A stretch of 64,000 nucleotides of DNA from Dehalococcoidia bacterium. GTDB taxonomy: Bacteria; Chloroflexota; Dehalococcoidia; Bin125. The position numbers and the translations under genes were made by a program. Shown here piece after piece: positions 1 through 8,389 of this stretch (positions are counted from its first letter, which is position 1; each line of letters opens with the position of its first letter). The DNA lies in the NCBI GenBank assembly GCA_963663895.2, contig CAXXRD010000001.1, positions 824,801 to 888,800 of the forward strand, written 5' to 3'. The notes beneath the pieces were generated by a model. It had not been told where the DNA came from. It did no database searches and saw only the letters and a program-made list of their open reading frames with translations.

Positions 1-273
1 CACGGCGAGGCAACGCCGGATGTCGCCGGCGCGGCCGAGCGGACGGCGGCGCGGCGTGCCAAGCGGCAAGGCAGGATCTTGCGCGAGGTCGAGCGGGGAC
101 CGCTGACGCCCTACGAGGCGCTTCAGCGCTTTTTCCCGCATCTGCCGGACGGCCGGATCCGGCAGGCGCTGGCGGAGATCATCGGGCTGATCGACGCCCT
201 GATCGTGGCAGGGCTGGTCGAGGAGCATCGCGAGGACGGAGTGATCCGAATCGCGGCGGCGTCTAGCGGGTGA
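1..273 (+). CDS. MBL-fold metallo-hydrolase, C-terminal part (5' truncated by window)
   Basis: The frame is open from position 1 and reads HGEATPDV..., resembling the (PG)HG motif. A winged-helix-like tail follows (GPLTPYEALQRFFP...LIVAGLVEE). Confidence 0.55.
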   Translation, partial: HGEATPDVAGAAERTAARRAKRQGRILREVERGPLTPYEALQRFFPHLPDGRIRQALAEIIGLIDALIVAGLVEEHREDGVIRIAAASSG

Positions 274-3200
274 GACGGCGGTAGAGGGCGGGGAGATGGC
301 GGGGCAAGGAGCCGATGTCGCTGACGATCTCGTAGCCCATGTCCTGGCACATCTCTTGGAGGTAATCGTGGCCTTGCCGGTCGACGGTGAGGCAGAAAGG
401 CGTAATGCCCTCGCGGCGGGCCTCGGTGAGCGCCATCTTGGTGTCGTGGATGGCGTACTCCTTTTCGGTACGGTCGCGGCCGTAGCCGTGATCTTGGGGC
501 CGGCCGTCGGAGATCACGACGAGAATGCGGACTTTCGAGCGCGCTTCCTTCAGCTTGACGATAGCGTGACGGATGGCGGGACCCATACGGGTCGAGCGTA
601 CGGGAGTGATCTTATCGATGCGCTTCTTGATGCCGTCTGAGAAGGGCTCCTCTATGTCCTTGATGACGTAGAACTCGACGTTGTCCCGGCCGTAGCCGCT
701 AAAGCCGTAGATGCCGTAAGTGTCGCCGATGGATTCGAGAGCTTCGGTGAGGAGGACGATGGCGTCCTTTTCGAGGTCGATGATGCGTTTGGAGGGCTGG
801 CCGGCCTCCCGGGCGCGCTTCTGCGCCCACCAGGTGAAGTACTTACGCGGGTCGTCGTCGAAGGCGGCGTCGTCCGCACCGAAGCGTTTGCGACGATGGA
901 TCTCCTCGTCGGTACTGGCGGACATATCGAGGAGGAAACCCACGGTGACGTCACGCTCGACCTTGTTGCGGCGATAAAAGAGGTTGGAGTCCGTGGGAGC
1001 GCCAGCGGCGCGCTGGACGATCCATTCGACCACGGCGTCAAGGTCGAACTCCTCGCCATCGGGAAGATGTCTGATCTTGCGGAAGAGCTCGGGGCGGAGC
1101 AGCTCGAACTGCTTGCGCGTTTCCTTCACAAGGGCGGCGTTCTCGCTGAGCGTGTGGTTGTAGAAGTCGACCTCCCCGCTTGGGAGCGTGCGCTGCTGCA
1201 GGCGGCACCAGCGGGGCTTGTAGTCGTTCGCGCGGAAGTCCCACTCATCATAAAAGAAGAACTGGGGATCGTCGGGGAGTGATGCGTCACCGGAGTCCTG
1301 GCTGGAGGCGTAGTCGCCCTGGAGCTGCTGCCCCGGGGTATCGGATGGGACGCGGGTGCTGGCCATCTCCTCCATCAGGTTGTCCATCATGGCGGAGACC
1401 GCGCCGTCGAGATCGCCGGCGTCGTCCTCCGCGAACTCGATCTCCGCGCTCTTCTCGATGAGCTCCTTGAGCTGCTCGGGGGTGATGGGGATAGGCTCGC
1501 CCTCGTCCGTACCCTCGCCGCGCATCTGGAGCAGCATCTGAACGAGCTCGGGTTTGAAGTCGCCGCGGAAGTCGACGGGCTCGGGGCTCTGATAGGCCTG
1601 CGGGCTGCGGCCGCTCAGGGACGCGGTCGTCGCAGCGGGGGCGCTGAGGGACTCATCACCCTGTGGCACGTCCTGCTCCTCCGTGACCTCCTCTTCGGGC
1701 GGATCAGCGGGGAGCCACTGCGACTCGTCAAGCTGGACGTTGGGAATCGAGGCGATCCACTCGTAGAGGCGGAGAGCGGCCTCGGCGGAATCTTCGACGG
1801 AGGCGTCGCCGTCGCGCATCCGAGCGAGAATCTGAAGCGGGGTCTTGATGAGCTCCGCGATCTCGGGGGGCCACTGGATCGTGTCGCCGGCATCCAGGCT
1901 CAGGCGGACAAGATTCTCGACGGCGGCTTCGCGGGCGGGCATGGTTGCAAGAGCGCGGCGGCGGACGACGGCGGCACGCTGCAAGCGCTCGAAGGCCGTG
2001 CGGACGCCGGGATACTCCCGGCGGAGGACGCTATCAATGCGGGTGTCCTCAACGATCGTGAAGAGATCGGCGATGAGGCGGCGATCGTCGAAGAGGTCGA
2101 AGAAGCGCTCCATGTCCGTGAGGGCAGGATCACCGTCGCGGGCCGGAGCGCGCGTGAAGCGGAGATCGTCGAAGAGGGTGGCCGGGCGGGAGAAGCGGAA
2201 GTGGAAGGAGTCAAATTCCAGCCGCCCCGCTTGGTGTGTCGCGAAGACTTTGTAGACGGAGAAGTTCAGCGCTTTGTCGTTGTGCTCCTCGACGACCGCG
2301 GGCAGGTAGATGGCCGTGCCTTCCGTCGTGGGGCTGCTCTGACTGACCCAGCCGACTCCACGCTCGGCGAGGGCGTCGAGCGGGAAGACGGCCACGTCGG
2401 CGCCGGTGAGCGCGCGACAGTAGAGCCGGATCAGCTCGGCGACGTTCTCGAGCTCAACGCGGGAGGAGAGCGCCTGGATGACCTCTTCGCCTTTGGCGGA
2501 CTCCAGGCGAAAGAAGGCCTCCCCGCCCGCTGCGCTCTTCTGCAGGATGGCCAAGCCCTGCGCATGCCAGCGGGCGAGATCGTCGTGGCTGACGCGCGCA
2601 AGGACGGCGGGCGACGATTTGATGAACTCCATCGCGGCGAGGCCGGAGTGGGGAAGCAATTCCTCGGCGAGAGCGATAACGCGGCCGTGCACGGCGTCAT
2701 CAACTTCCGCCAGCGCCGCGGCCGCATCGAGGAAATAGGGATGGCCTTGCCGTCCCACCATCAGCGCGACGCGGCCGGAGAGCGCAAGGAAGCGCGCGCG
2801 CTGCTGGGGCTCGACGCGCTTGATGGCGTTGGGGCTGCGCTCAAAGTAGTTGCGCGCGTCGGCCCAGGCCGTGTTGGCGACGATCGAACCGAATTCGAGG
2901 ACGGGAGCCCGATCGGCGCGGTCGAGCTCGCCAAGGACGGCGGCGGACATGCCCAGGCAAGCGCTGGCCAGCTCGTAGGAGTGACCGGCGAGGGCGTCGA
3001 TCAGTTCGACGAGGAGGCGCGTCTGGCCGAGGGGCAGCTGCGAGAGGATGGCGGGGCTGACGTCGAAATACTGCGCGGCGAGGGAGCCCGACTTCCAGGT
3101 GCCACGGTAAAGCAGGCGACCCTGCTCGCCCCAGTCGGGCGCCTGCGCGGGAGCAAGGTGCGGAAGCGCGGCGGGGCTGGCGCGGAAGTAGGCCGCAGCA

Positions 3201-3529
3201 AGCGCGGGGGAATCGGCGGCGAGATCACGGCCACTGCCTGCCCAGGCTTGGAAGTGGGGGAGGGGCAGTTGGTCGAGCACGGCGGCGCTGACGCGACAGT
3301 AGACGCTGGCGGCTTCCCAAGCACGGAGGGAATGGCGGGCGACCGCGAGCCCTTCGTCCGCCCAGGCAAGGAGGGCGTCCGCGTCTAGGCGCTCCTGGAG
3401 CTGGGTGCAGGCTTCGTCGAACTCCTGCAAGAGCGGCGGAGGGAAGGTGGCGAGCGCCTCACGGATGGCGGCCAGGGCGGGCTCCGTGGCGCTGGGCCTG
3501 GGAGAGTGTGGGCGGGGACTATCGGGCAT
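263..3529 (-). CDS. Large NorD/CbbO-like VWA-domain protein (AAA adaptor) with N-terminal helical repeats
   Basis: 1088 aa. C-terminal MIDAS (DMSAS...TRMGPAIRH...ISDGRP) and NorD/CbbO-type motifs YDEWDF, DGEEFDLDA and PTTEGTAIYLP. In an operon with a CbbQ-like ATPase. Confidence 0.85.
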   Translation of the reverse strand: MPDSPRPHSPRPSATEPALAAIREALATFPPPLLQEFDEACTQLQERLDADALLAWADEGLAVARHSLRAWEAASVYCRVSAAVLDQLPLPHFQAWAGSGRDLAADSPALAAAYFRASPAALPHLAPAQAPDWGEQGRLLYRGTWKSGSLAAQYFDVSPAILSQLPLGQTRLLVELIDALAGHSYELASACLGMSAAVLGELDRADRAPVLEFGSIVANTAWADARNYFERSPNAIKRVEPQQRARFLALSGRVALMVGRQGHPYFLDAAAALAEVDDAVHGRVIALAEELLPHSGLAAMEFIKSSPAVLARVSHDDLARWHAQGLAILQKSAAGGEAFFRLESAKGEEVIQALSSRVELENVAELIRLYCRALTGADVAVFPLDALAERGVGWVSQSSPTTEGTAIYLPAVVEEHNDKALNFSVYKVFATHQAGRLEFDSFHFRFSRPATLFDDLRFTRAPARDGDPALTDMERFFDLFDDRRLIADLFTIVEDTRIDSVLRREYPGVRTAFERLQRAAVVRRRALATMPAREAAVENLVRLSLDAGDTIQWPPEIAELIKTPLQILARMRDGDASVEDSAEAALRLYEWIASIPNVQLDESQWLPADPPEEEVTEEQDVPQGDESLSAPAATTASLSGRSPQAYQSPEPVDFRGDFKPELVQMLLQMRGEGTDEGEPIPITPEQLKELIEKSAEIEFAEDDAGDLDGAVSAMMDNLMEEMASTRVPSDTPGQQLQGDYASSQDSGDASLPDDPQFFFYDEWDFRANDYKPRWCRLQQRTLPSGEVDFYNHTLSENAALVKETRKQFELLRPELFRKIRHLPDGEEFDLDAVVEWIVQRAAGAPTDSNLFYRRNKVERDVTVGFLLDMSASTDEEIHRRKRFGADDAAFDDDPRKYFTWWAQKRAREAGQPSKRIIDLEKDAIVLLTEALESIGDTYGIYGFSGYGRDNVEFYVIKDIEEPFSDGIKKRIDKITPVRSTRMGPAIRHAIVKLKEARSKVRILVVISDGRPQDHGYGRDRTEKEYAIHDTKMALTEARREGITPFCLTVDRQGHDYLQEMCQDMGYEIVSDIGSLPRHLPALYRRLTR

Positions 3530-4157
3530 CGGATGCTCTGGGCGCGGGGGAGACGCCGGAGTGTCGCGCGACCACGCGGGTGGGATCAGGAAAATTGTCG
3601 AAGGTCACGGACTCGTCGATCGTATCCAACACAGCGTAGGAGAGCTGGAAGCCGTTATGGGGATCGCGGGGCTCGCCGGCGGAGCCGGGGTTAATCACCA
3701 AGGCATCGCCGATGCGCCGCTCCAGCTGGTAGTGCGTGTGGCCGTAGATCACGAAGTCCGCCTCTAAATGGGCGAGCTTCTGCAGATCGGCGCTGGAGGG
3801 GTAGAGATAGTCGCGGTAAGGCTCCCAAGGCGTCGCATGGAACATGAAGAGGGTCTTGCCGTCCAGCGTGGTGCGCAGGGTGTTGGGATGGGCGCTGGTC
3901 CAGGCGAGTAGCTCCCGATCGACCTTGGGGGACTCGCGCGCGCGTACGCCCGCGGCGCTCAAGAGGATCTCCTCATGGTTGCCGAGGATGAACCGGGCGC
4001 CGCGTTCGCGCAGGCGGGCGACGACCTCGTTGCTGAAGCGGAACTGGTAGACGGCATCGCCGGCGCAGAGCAGCTCATCGACGGGGCCCATGCGGGCAAG
4101 AGCGGTGTCCAGCGCCTCGATATTGCAGTGGATGTCGGAGAGGATGCCTAGGCGCAC
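3519..4157 (-). CDS. Calcineurin-like metallophosphoesterase (YfcE-like)
   Basis: Motifs SDIH, AGD, GNH, FH, GHTH and INPGS. Confidence 0.9.
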   Translation of the reverse strand: MRLGILSDIHCNIEALDTALARMGPVDELLCAGDAVYQFRFSNEVVARLRERGARFILGNHEEILLSAAGVRARESPKVDRELLAWTSAHPNTLRTTLDGKTLFMFHATPWEPYRDYLYPSSADLQKLAHLEADFVIYGHTHYQLERRIGDALVINPGSAGEPRDPHNGFQLSYAVLDTIDESVTFDNFPDPTRVVARHSGVSPAPRASDAR

Positions 4158-4202
4158 TGGGGTCCTCGAAGCGGATGCAGGAAGAGCGAGGAACGAGCGG
4201 CG

Positions 4203-5114
4203 CTATTCAAAGATGGACGCGATCACTTCTTCGACGCTGCGCTGGATCTCGGCGTCGTCGGTCAGAGACCACACGATCGCAATCTGACAAGCGCGGCGGG
4301 GGGCGATGCCCTGGCGGATGAGGCTGCCTGCGTAGATCAGCAGGCGGGTGCTGGCACCCTCGCTGAGGCCGTGCTCGCGAAGATGGCGGATTTTTTCGGC
4401 CATCTTGGCGAGGCGGAGCGCGGTCTCGGCATCAATGCCGGATTCGTGCTGGATGATCTCGGCCTCGATCTCACGAGGCGGGTAGTCAAACTCGATGGCG
4501 ACGAAGCGCTGGCGCGTGCTCTGCTTGAGGTCTTTCAGGGCGCTCTGATAGCCCGGGTTGAACGAGATGACGAGGAGGAAGCCGTCGCGGGCTTGGAGGA
4601 GCTGCGACTTCTTCTCGACGGGAAGGATCCGGCGGTGATCGGTGAGGGGGTGAATGAGGACTGTGGTGTCCTTGCGTGCCTCGACGACCTCGTCGAGGTA
4701 ACAGATCGCGCCCGCTTTGACGGCGCGAGTGAGGGGGCCGTCGATCCAGACCGTCTCCTGCCCTTCGAGCAGGTAGCGGCCGACGAGGTCGCTGGCGGTG
4801 AGGTCTTCGTGGCAGGCAACGGTGACGAGCGGCAGGCTGCTCTCCTGCACGATCTCTTTTCTGCCGTCACGGGAGACGACGACGGGGCGGTTGAGGTGAA
4901 AGGCCATGTACTCCACGAAGCGGGTTTTGCCGCAGCCGGTGGGCCCTTTGAGGAGCACGGGGATCTTGGAGTTCCAGGCCGCGCGGAAGAGCTCGACCTC
5001 GTCCCCGACGGGAACGTAGTACGGCTCTTCTTGGAAGCGGAACTCCTCAACCGCCCAGGAGCGGTATTCGGTAAGGGGAGCTTCGGTTTGGGAAGTCATG
5101 ATCTCTCGCTGCAT
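4203..5114 (-). CDS. CbbQ/NirQ/NorQ-family AAA+ ATPase
   Basis: Walker [23 protein letters not shown], Walker [24 protein letters not shown] and STRLLIYA. Confidence 0.93.
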   Translation of the reverse strand: MQREIMTSQTEAPLTEYRSWAVEEFRFQEEPYYVPVGDEVELFRAAWNSKIPVLLKGPTGCGKTRFVEYMAFHLNRPVVVSRDGRKEIVQESSLPLVTVACHEDLTASDLVGRYLLEGQETVWIDGPLTRAVKAGAICYLDEVVEARKDTTVLIHPLTDHRRILPVEKKSQLLQARDGFLLVISFNPGYQSALKDLKQSTRQRFVAIEFDYPPREIEAEIIQHESGIDAETALRLAKMAEKIRHLREHGLSEGASTRLLIYAGSLIRQGIAPRRACQIAIVWSLTDDAEIQRSVEEVIASIFE

Positions 5115-5130
5115 CCAGTCGCGTGGCGCT

Positions 5131-5742
5131 CTAGCCAGTTGGCAGGAGGCGCCCTCGCAGCGCCTCCCATTCTTGGTCCACTCGCGCCCAAGCCTCCTCT
5201 ACTGAGCCGCTGTTGTCGATCACGCGGTCAGCATGCTTGATCCGCTCCCCGTCGGTGAGCTGGGAGTCGATGCGCGCGTTGGCGGCTTCGGTGCTGAGGC
5301 CGTTGCGCTGCATGAGGCGCTGCCGGGCGATGGAGCGGGGCACCGTGACGACCCAGACTTCGTCGGCGAGGTCCTGCCAGTCCGCTTCGATGAGGACCGC
5401 CGCTTCGAGCACGGCGACCTGGGATCCGGCGCGCTCAAGGCCGCGCAACTCTTCCACGGCGAGCGCCTTGATGGCGGGCCAGACGATATCGGTCAGGCGC
5501 TTGAGCGCGGCGGCGTCGCCGAAGACTTTGGCGCCGAGGACACGGCGGTCGATAGCGCCATCGTCGGCGACGATCTCGCGGCCGAAGCGGTCGACGACGG
5601 CATCGTAGACGGGACCGCCGGGCGCGTAGGTTCGATGTCCGAGCAGATCGGCGTCGAGCAGCGCGGCGCCACGCTCGACGAGCCTGGCGGAGACGGCGGA
5701 TTTACCAGAGGCGATGCCGCCGGTCAGTCCGATCACGTGCAT
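5131..5742 (-). CDS. coaE: Dephospho-CoA kinase
   Basis: Starts [15 protein letters not shown]; also DRRVLG..VF, EAAVLIE and [10 protein letters not shown]. Start moved to the ATG at 5742. Confidence 0.9.
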   Translation of the reverse strand: MHVIGLTGGIASGKSAVSARLVERGAALLDADLLGHRTYAPGGPVYDAVVDRFGREIVADDGAIDRRVLGAKVFGDAAALKRLTDIVWPAIKALAVEELRGLERAGSQVAVLEAAVLIEADWQDLADEVWVVTVPRSIARQRLMQRNGLSTEAANARIDSQLTDGERIKHADRVIDNSGSVEEAWARVDQEWEALRGRLLPTG

Positions 5743-5820
5743 GCGCCCCGCCTTCAAAGAACCGAGCCGACCGGCACGCCTGGTGGCGAAACAAACAAGG
5801 CCCATCCGGGCCGAGAAATG

Positions 5821-5850
5821 AGGCTATCAATGGCCAATTCCGAGCGTCAA
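5821..5850 (-). promoter_or_regulatory. Putative sigma70 promoter for the coaE-cbbQ operon
   Basis: Minus strand reads TTGACG-18 nt-TAGCCT, about 80 nt upstream of the coaE ATG. Confidence 0.5.
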
Positions 5851-6034
5851 GGTAAACCCCCCAGGGACTCCCCGGCGCTGCGGCCGTCCAGGCGGTAGCG
5901 GGACGGCTCGATCGCTTGCGCTCGGCGCGGGCTCCAGACTCCGAGAGAGTGTATCGCCGCTGTCAGTGATGGGAGGAGAGCGAACATGATAATAGAGGCG
6001 CGCGTCCGCACGATCGTCCCAGGGAGAGCAGGCG

Positions 6035-6508
6035 ATGGCCGTCGAAGCGTTGAGCAGTACCGCGGACTTGGAAGACGCCCGCGAGCAGTTGCTGCAGAGC
6101 TTCGCCGGCTTGGATGAGTCGCTCCTGAACGAACCCAACGTCGTGGGCGAATGGAGCATCCGCGAGGTGGTCGCACACATCGCCACCTGGGATGCGTGGG
6201 TGCGCGAGGTGCTCGACGCTGCCCCGCAGGGCGCCCCGGCCAGCGTGCCCGACGAGGAAGCGACGAACCAGCGAGCGCAGGAGCGCTTTGCCGGGACGCC
6301 GTTCGGAGAGATCCGGCGCGAGATGCGATCAACGCGAATGCCGATCCTCTGCCAGTTCGCGGCGATGAGTGATGCGGAGCGGGCGCGCCCCCGCTACCTG
6401 ATGGACGACAAGCTGATCTCCGCGGACGATCTGGCCGAGAGCTTCATCGAGCACGATCTGACGCACGCATCGGAGATCCGGGCTTGGCGCAAGCTGCGGG
6501 GCGTCTAA
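6035..6508 (+). CDS. DinB/MDMPI-family protein
   Basis: GEWSIREVVAHIATWD and C-terminal EHDLTH His motif. Confidence 0.8.
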   Translation: MAVEALSSTADLEDAREQLLQSFAGLDESLLNEPNVVGEWSIREVVAHIATWDAWVREVLDAAPQGAPASVPDEEATNQRAQERFAGTPFGEIRREMRSTRMPILCQFAAMSDAERARPRYLMDDKLISADDLAESFIEHDLTHASEIRAWRKLRGV

Positions 6509-6524
6509 CCCGACCCCTAGACCG

Positions 6525-7502
6525 CTAGTCTTGGAGGAGCTCGCGCAAGGCCGCGGCAAGCGGCGGTAGCACCTTCTGGTAGTCCTCGACCACGCCAAAA
6601 CGGCAGAAGTTGTAGATGTTCGCGCCGGGGTCCTTGTTAATCGCGACGATGTTCTTGCTGCCCCCGCAGCCGGCCATGTGCTGACTGGCGCCGCTGATCG
6701 CGACGGCGAGGTAGAGCGTGGGCGAGACGACCGTGCCCGTGAGCCCCACCTGTTGCGCGGGCGGGTACCAGCCGAGGTCGCAAGCGGCGCGGCTGGCGCC
6801 CACCGCAGCGCCCAGCACGGAGGCGAGCTCCTCCAAGTCACGGAAGGCGCTCTCTTGGCCGAGGCCGCGACCACCGGCAACGACGATCTCCGCCGTGTTG
6901 AGCGGAATCCCTTCCGACTGGGCCCGCTCCTTGCCGGTGACGGCGGCGCGGGGGGCGACGGGATCGACCGCGATGGCGGTGATCGATCCGCGCCGTGAGG
7001 CGTCGGGATCCAGCGCGTCCTGCGATTTCGCGCGCACGGTGATGACCTGCGGATCGCTGGTGATGGTCACGACCTGACGAGCGTTGCCGCCGAAGCAGGG
7101 ACGCGTGGCGCGGATCCGTCCCTCCGCGACGGCGAGGTCCACGGCGTCCATGACGACGGCCGTGTCGAGACGGGCGGCGAGGCGGGGGGCCAGATCTCGG
7201 CCGATACTGGTTTGGCCGATCAGGACGACTTGCGGCCTCTCTTGCTGGACGATCGCGGCGGCCAGGGGAACGTAGGCTTCGGTGTGGTACTGCACGAGCG
7301 ATTCGTGGTCGGCGGTGTAGACGGTTTCGGCGCCGGCCGCGACCGCGGCTTGGGCAGCGCTAGCGAGCGCGCCGCCGATCAGGGCGCAGGCGACGCCACC
7401 GCCAAGCTCTTCGGTCAAGCGCGTGGCGGCGCCTAAGAGTTCGGCGCTGGTCGCGCTGAACTGCCCGTCCGGCGCTTCGCCGATGACGAGGACGCTCGCC
7501 AT
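6525..7502 (-). CDS. etfA: Electron transfer flavoprotein alpha subunit
   Basis: VVAGGRG, GASRAACD, QVGLTG, AISGASQH and AINKD. Confidence 0.95.
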   Translation of the reverse strand: MASVLVIGEAPDGQFSATSAELLGAATRLTEELGGGVACALIGGALASAAQAAVAAGAETVYTADHESLVQYHTEAYVPLAAAIVQQERPQVVLIGQTSIGRDLAPRLAARLDTAVVMDAVDLAVAEGRIRATRPCFGGNARQVVTITSDPQVITVRAKSQDALDPDASRRGSITAIAVDPVAPRAAVTGKERAQSEGIPLNTAEIVVAGGRGLGQESAFRDLEELASVLGAAVGASRAACDLGWYPPAQQVGLTGTVVSPTLYLAVAISGASQHMAGCGGSKNIVAINKDPGANIYNFCRFGVVEDYQKVLPPLAAALRELLQD

Positions 7503-8305
7503 TAGACGATCTTGGCCTCGCGCAGCTTCCGCGCGAGGGCCTGTGCCTTCTCTGCAGGCGAGTCGCCATCGATAAATTCCACTTGGGTCTCGTTCTTGGG
7601 AACGAAGAGTTGCTCCATCTTGACGCGAGCGCCGGCGGCGCCGACCGCGTGCGGATCGAGCCCGAGATCGGCCGGGGTCCAGACCGTCACATCTTTCTTG
7701 GCCGCTTGCATGATCTGCCGCAGCTGCGGATAGCGGGGATCGCCGAACTCATTGCTGATCGTGAGGACGCAAGGAGTGGCGGTGATAACGGACTCGAAAC
7801 CGTCACTGACGACCCGCGAGGCGCCGATCTTCCCGTCGCGCCACTCGACGGAGCGCAGCACGGTGACGGACGGCAGGTCCAAGAGCTCCGCGACCATGCC
7901 GCCGACGACGCCGTAGTCCCAATCGGCAGCTTGACGGCCGAAGAGGAGAACGTCCGGGAGGCCGATCTTTTCGATCGCCTTGGAGAGCGCGAGCGCAGTG
8001 GTCCAAGAGTCACCGTCTTCGAAGGCGGGATCGTTCAAGTGGTACCCCTCGTCGGCGCCCATGGCGAGTCCGTGCTTGACCGCATCGCGGGCGGAGTCGG
8101 GGCCTAAGGAGAGCACGCCGATCGTGCCGGCGCCGGCGGCATCACGCAGCTGGAGGGCAGCCTCGACGGCTTGGGCGTCGAATGGGCTAATGACCTGCTG
8201 TACCCCCGGCGGCGGGACGATGGTCATGCTGGCTTCGTCCACCTTGAAGGCGGAAGCGGGCATCTCCGGGTCGAGGATCTGCTTCACGCAGACGATCGCG
8301 TCCAT
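7502..8305 (-). CDS. etfB: Electron transfer flavoprotein beta subunit
   Basis: IVCVKQILDP, AMGADEG, GRQAAD and PRYP; abuts etfA. Confidence 0.95.
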   Translation of the reverse strand: MDAIVCVKQILDPEMPASAFKVDEASMTIVPPPGVQQVISPFDAQAVEAALQLRDAAGAGTIGVLSLGPDSARDAVKHGLAMGADEGYHLNDPAFEDGDSWTTALALSKAIEKIGLPDVLLFGRQAADWDYGVVGGMVAELLDLPSVTVLRSVEWRDGKIGASRVVSDGFESVITATPCVLTISNEFGDPRYPQLRQIMQAAKKDVTVWTPADLGLDPHAVGAAGARVKMEQLFVPKNETQVEFIDGDSPAEKAQALARKLREAKIV

Positions 8306-8389
8306 TGGGTCTCTCTTGTTTTCCCAGAAAACCGGGAAGGCCGGACAGCATTGTCGCGCTCGGTCCGCGCTGAGGCAACGCGGCGCCGG

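Noticed and set aside
4203-5114. Evidence for carbon fixation or denitrification from the CbbQ/NorQ ATPase
   Set aside because: No RuBisCO or NO reductase genes are in the window, and family membership alone does not give the pathway.
5981-5994. CGAAC half-site upstream of the DinB-family gene as an SOS box
   Set aside because: The second half is TAAT, not GTTC; it more likely belongs to a -10 element (GATAAT).
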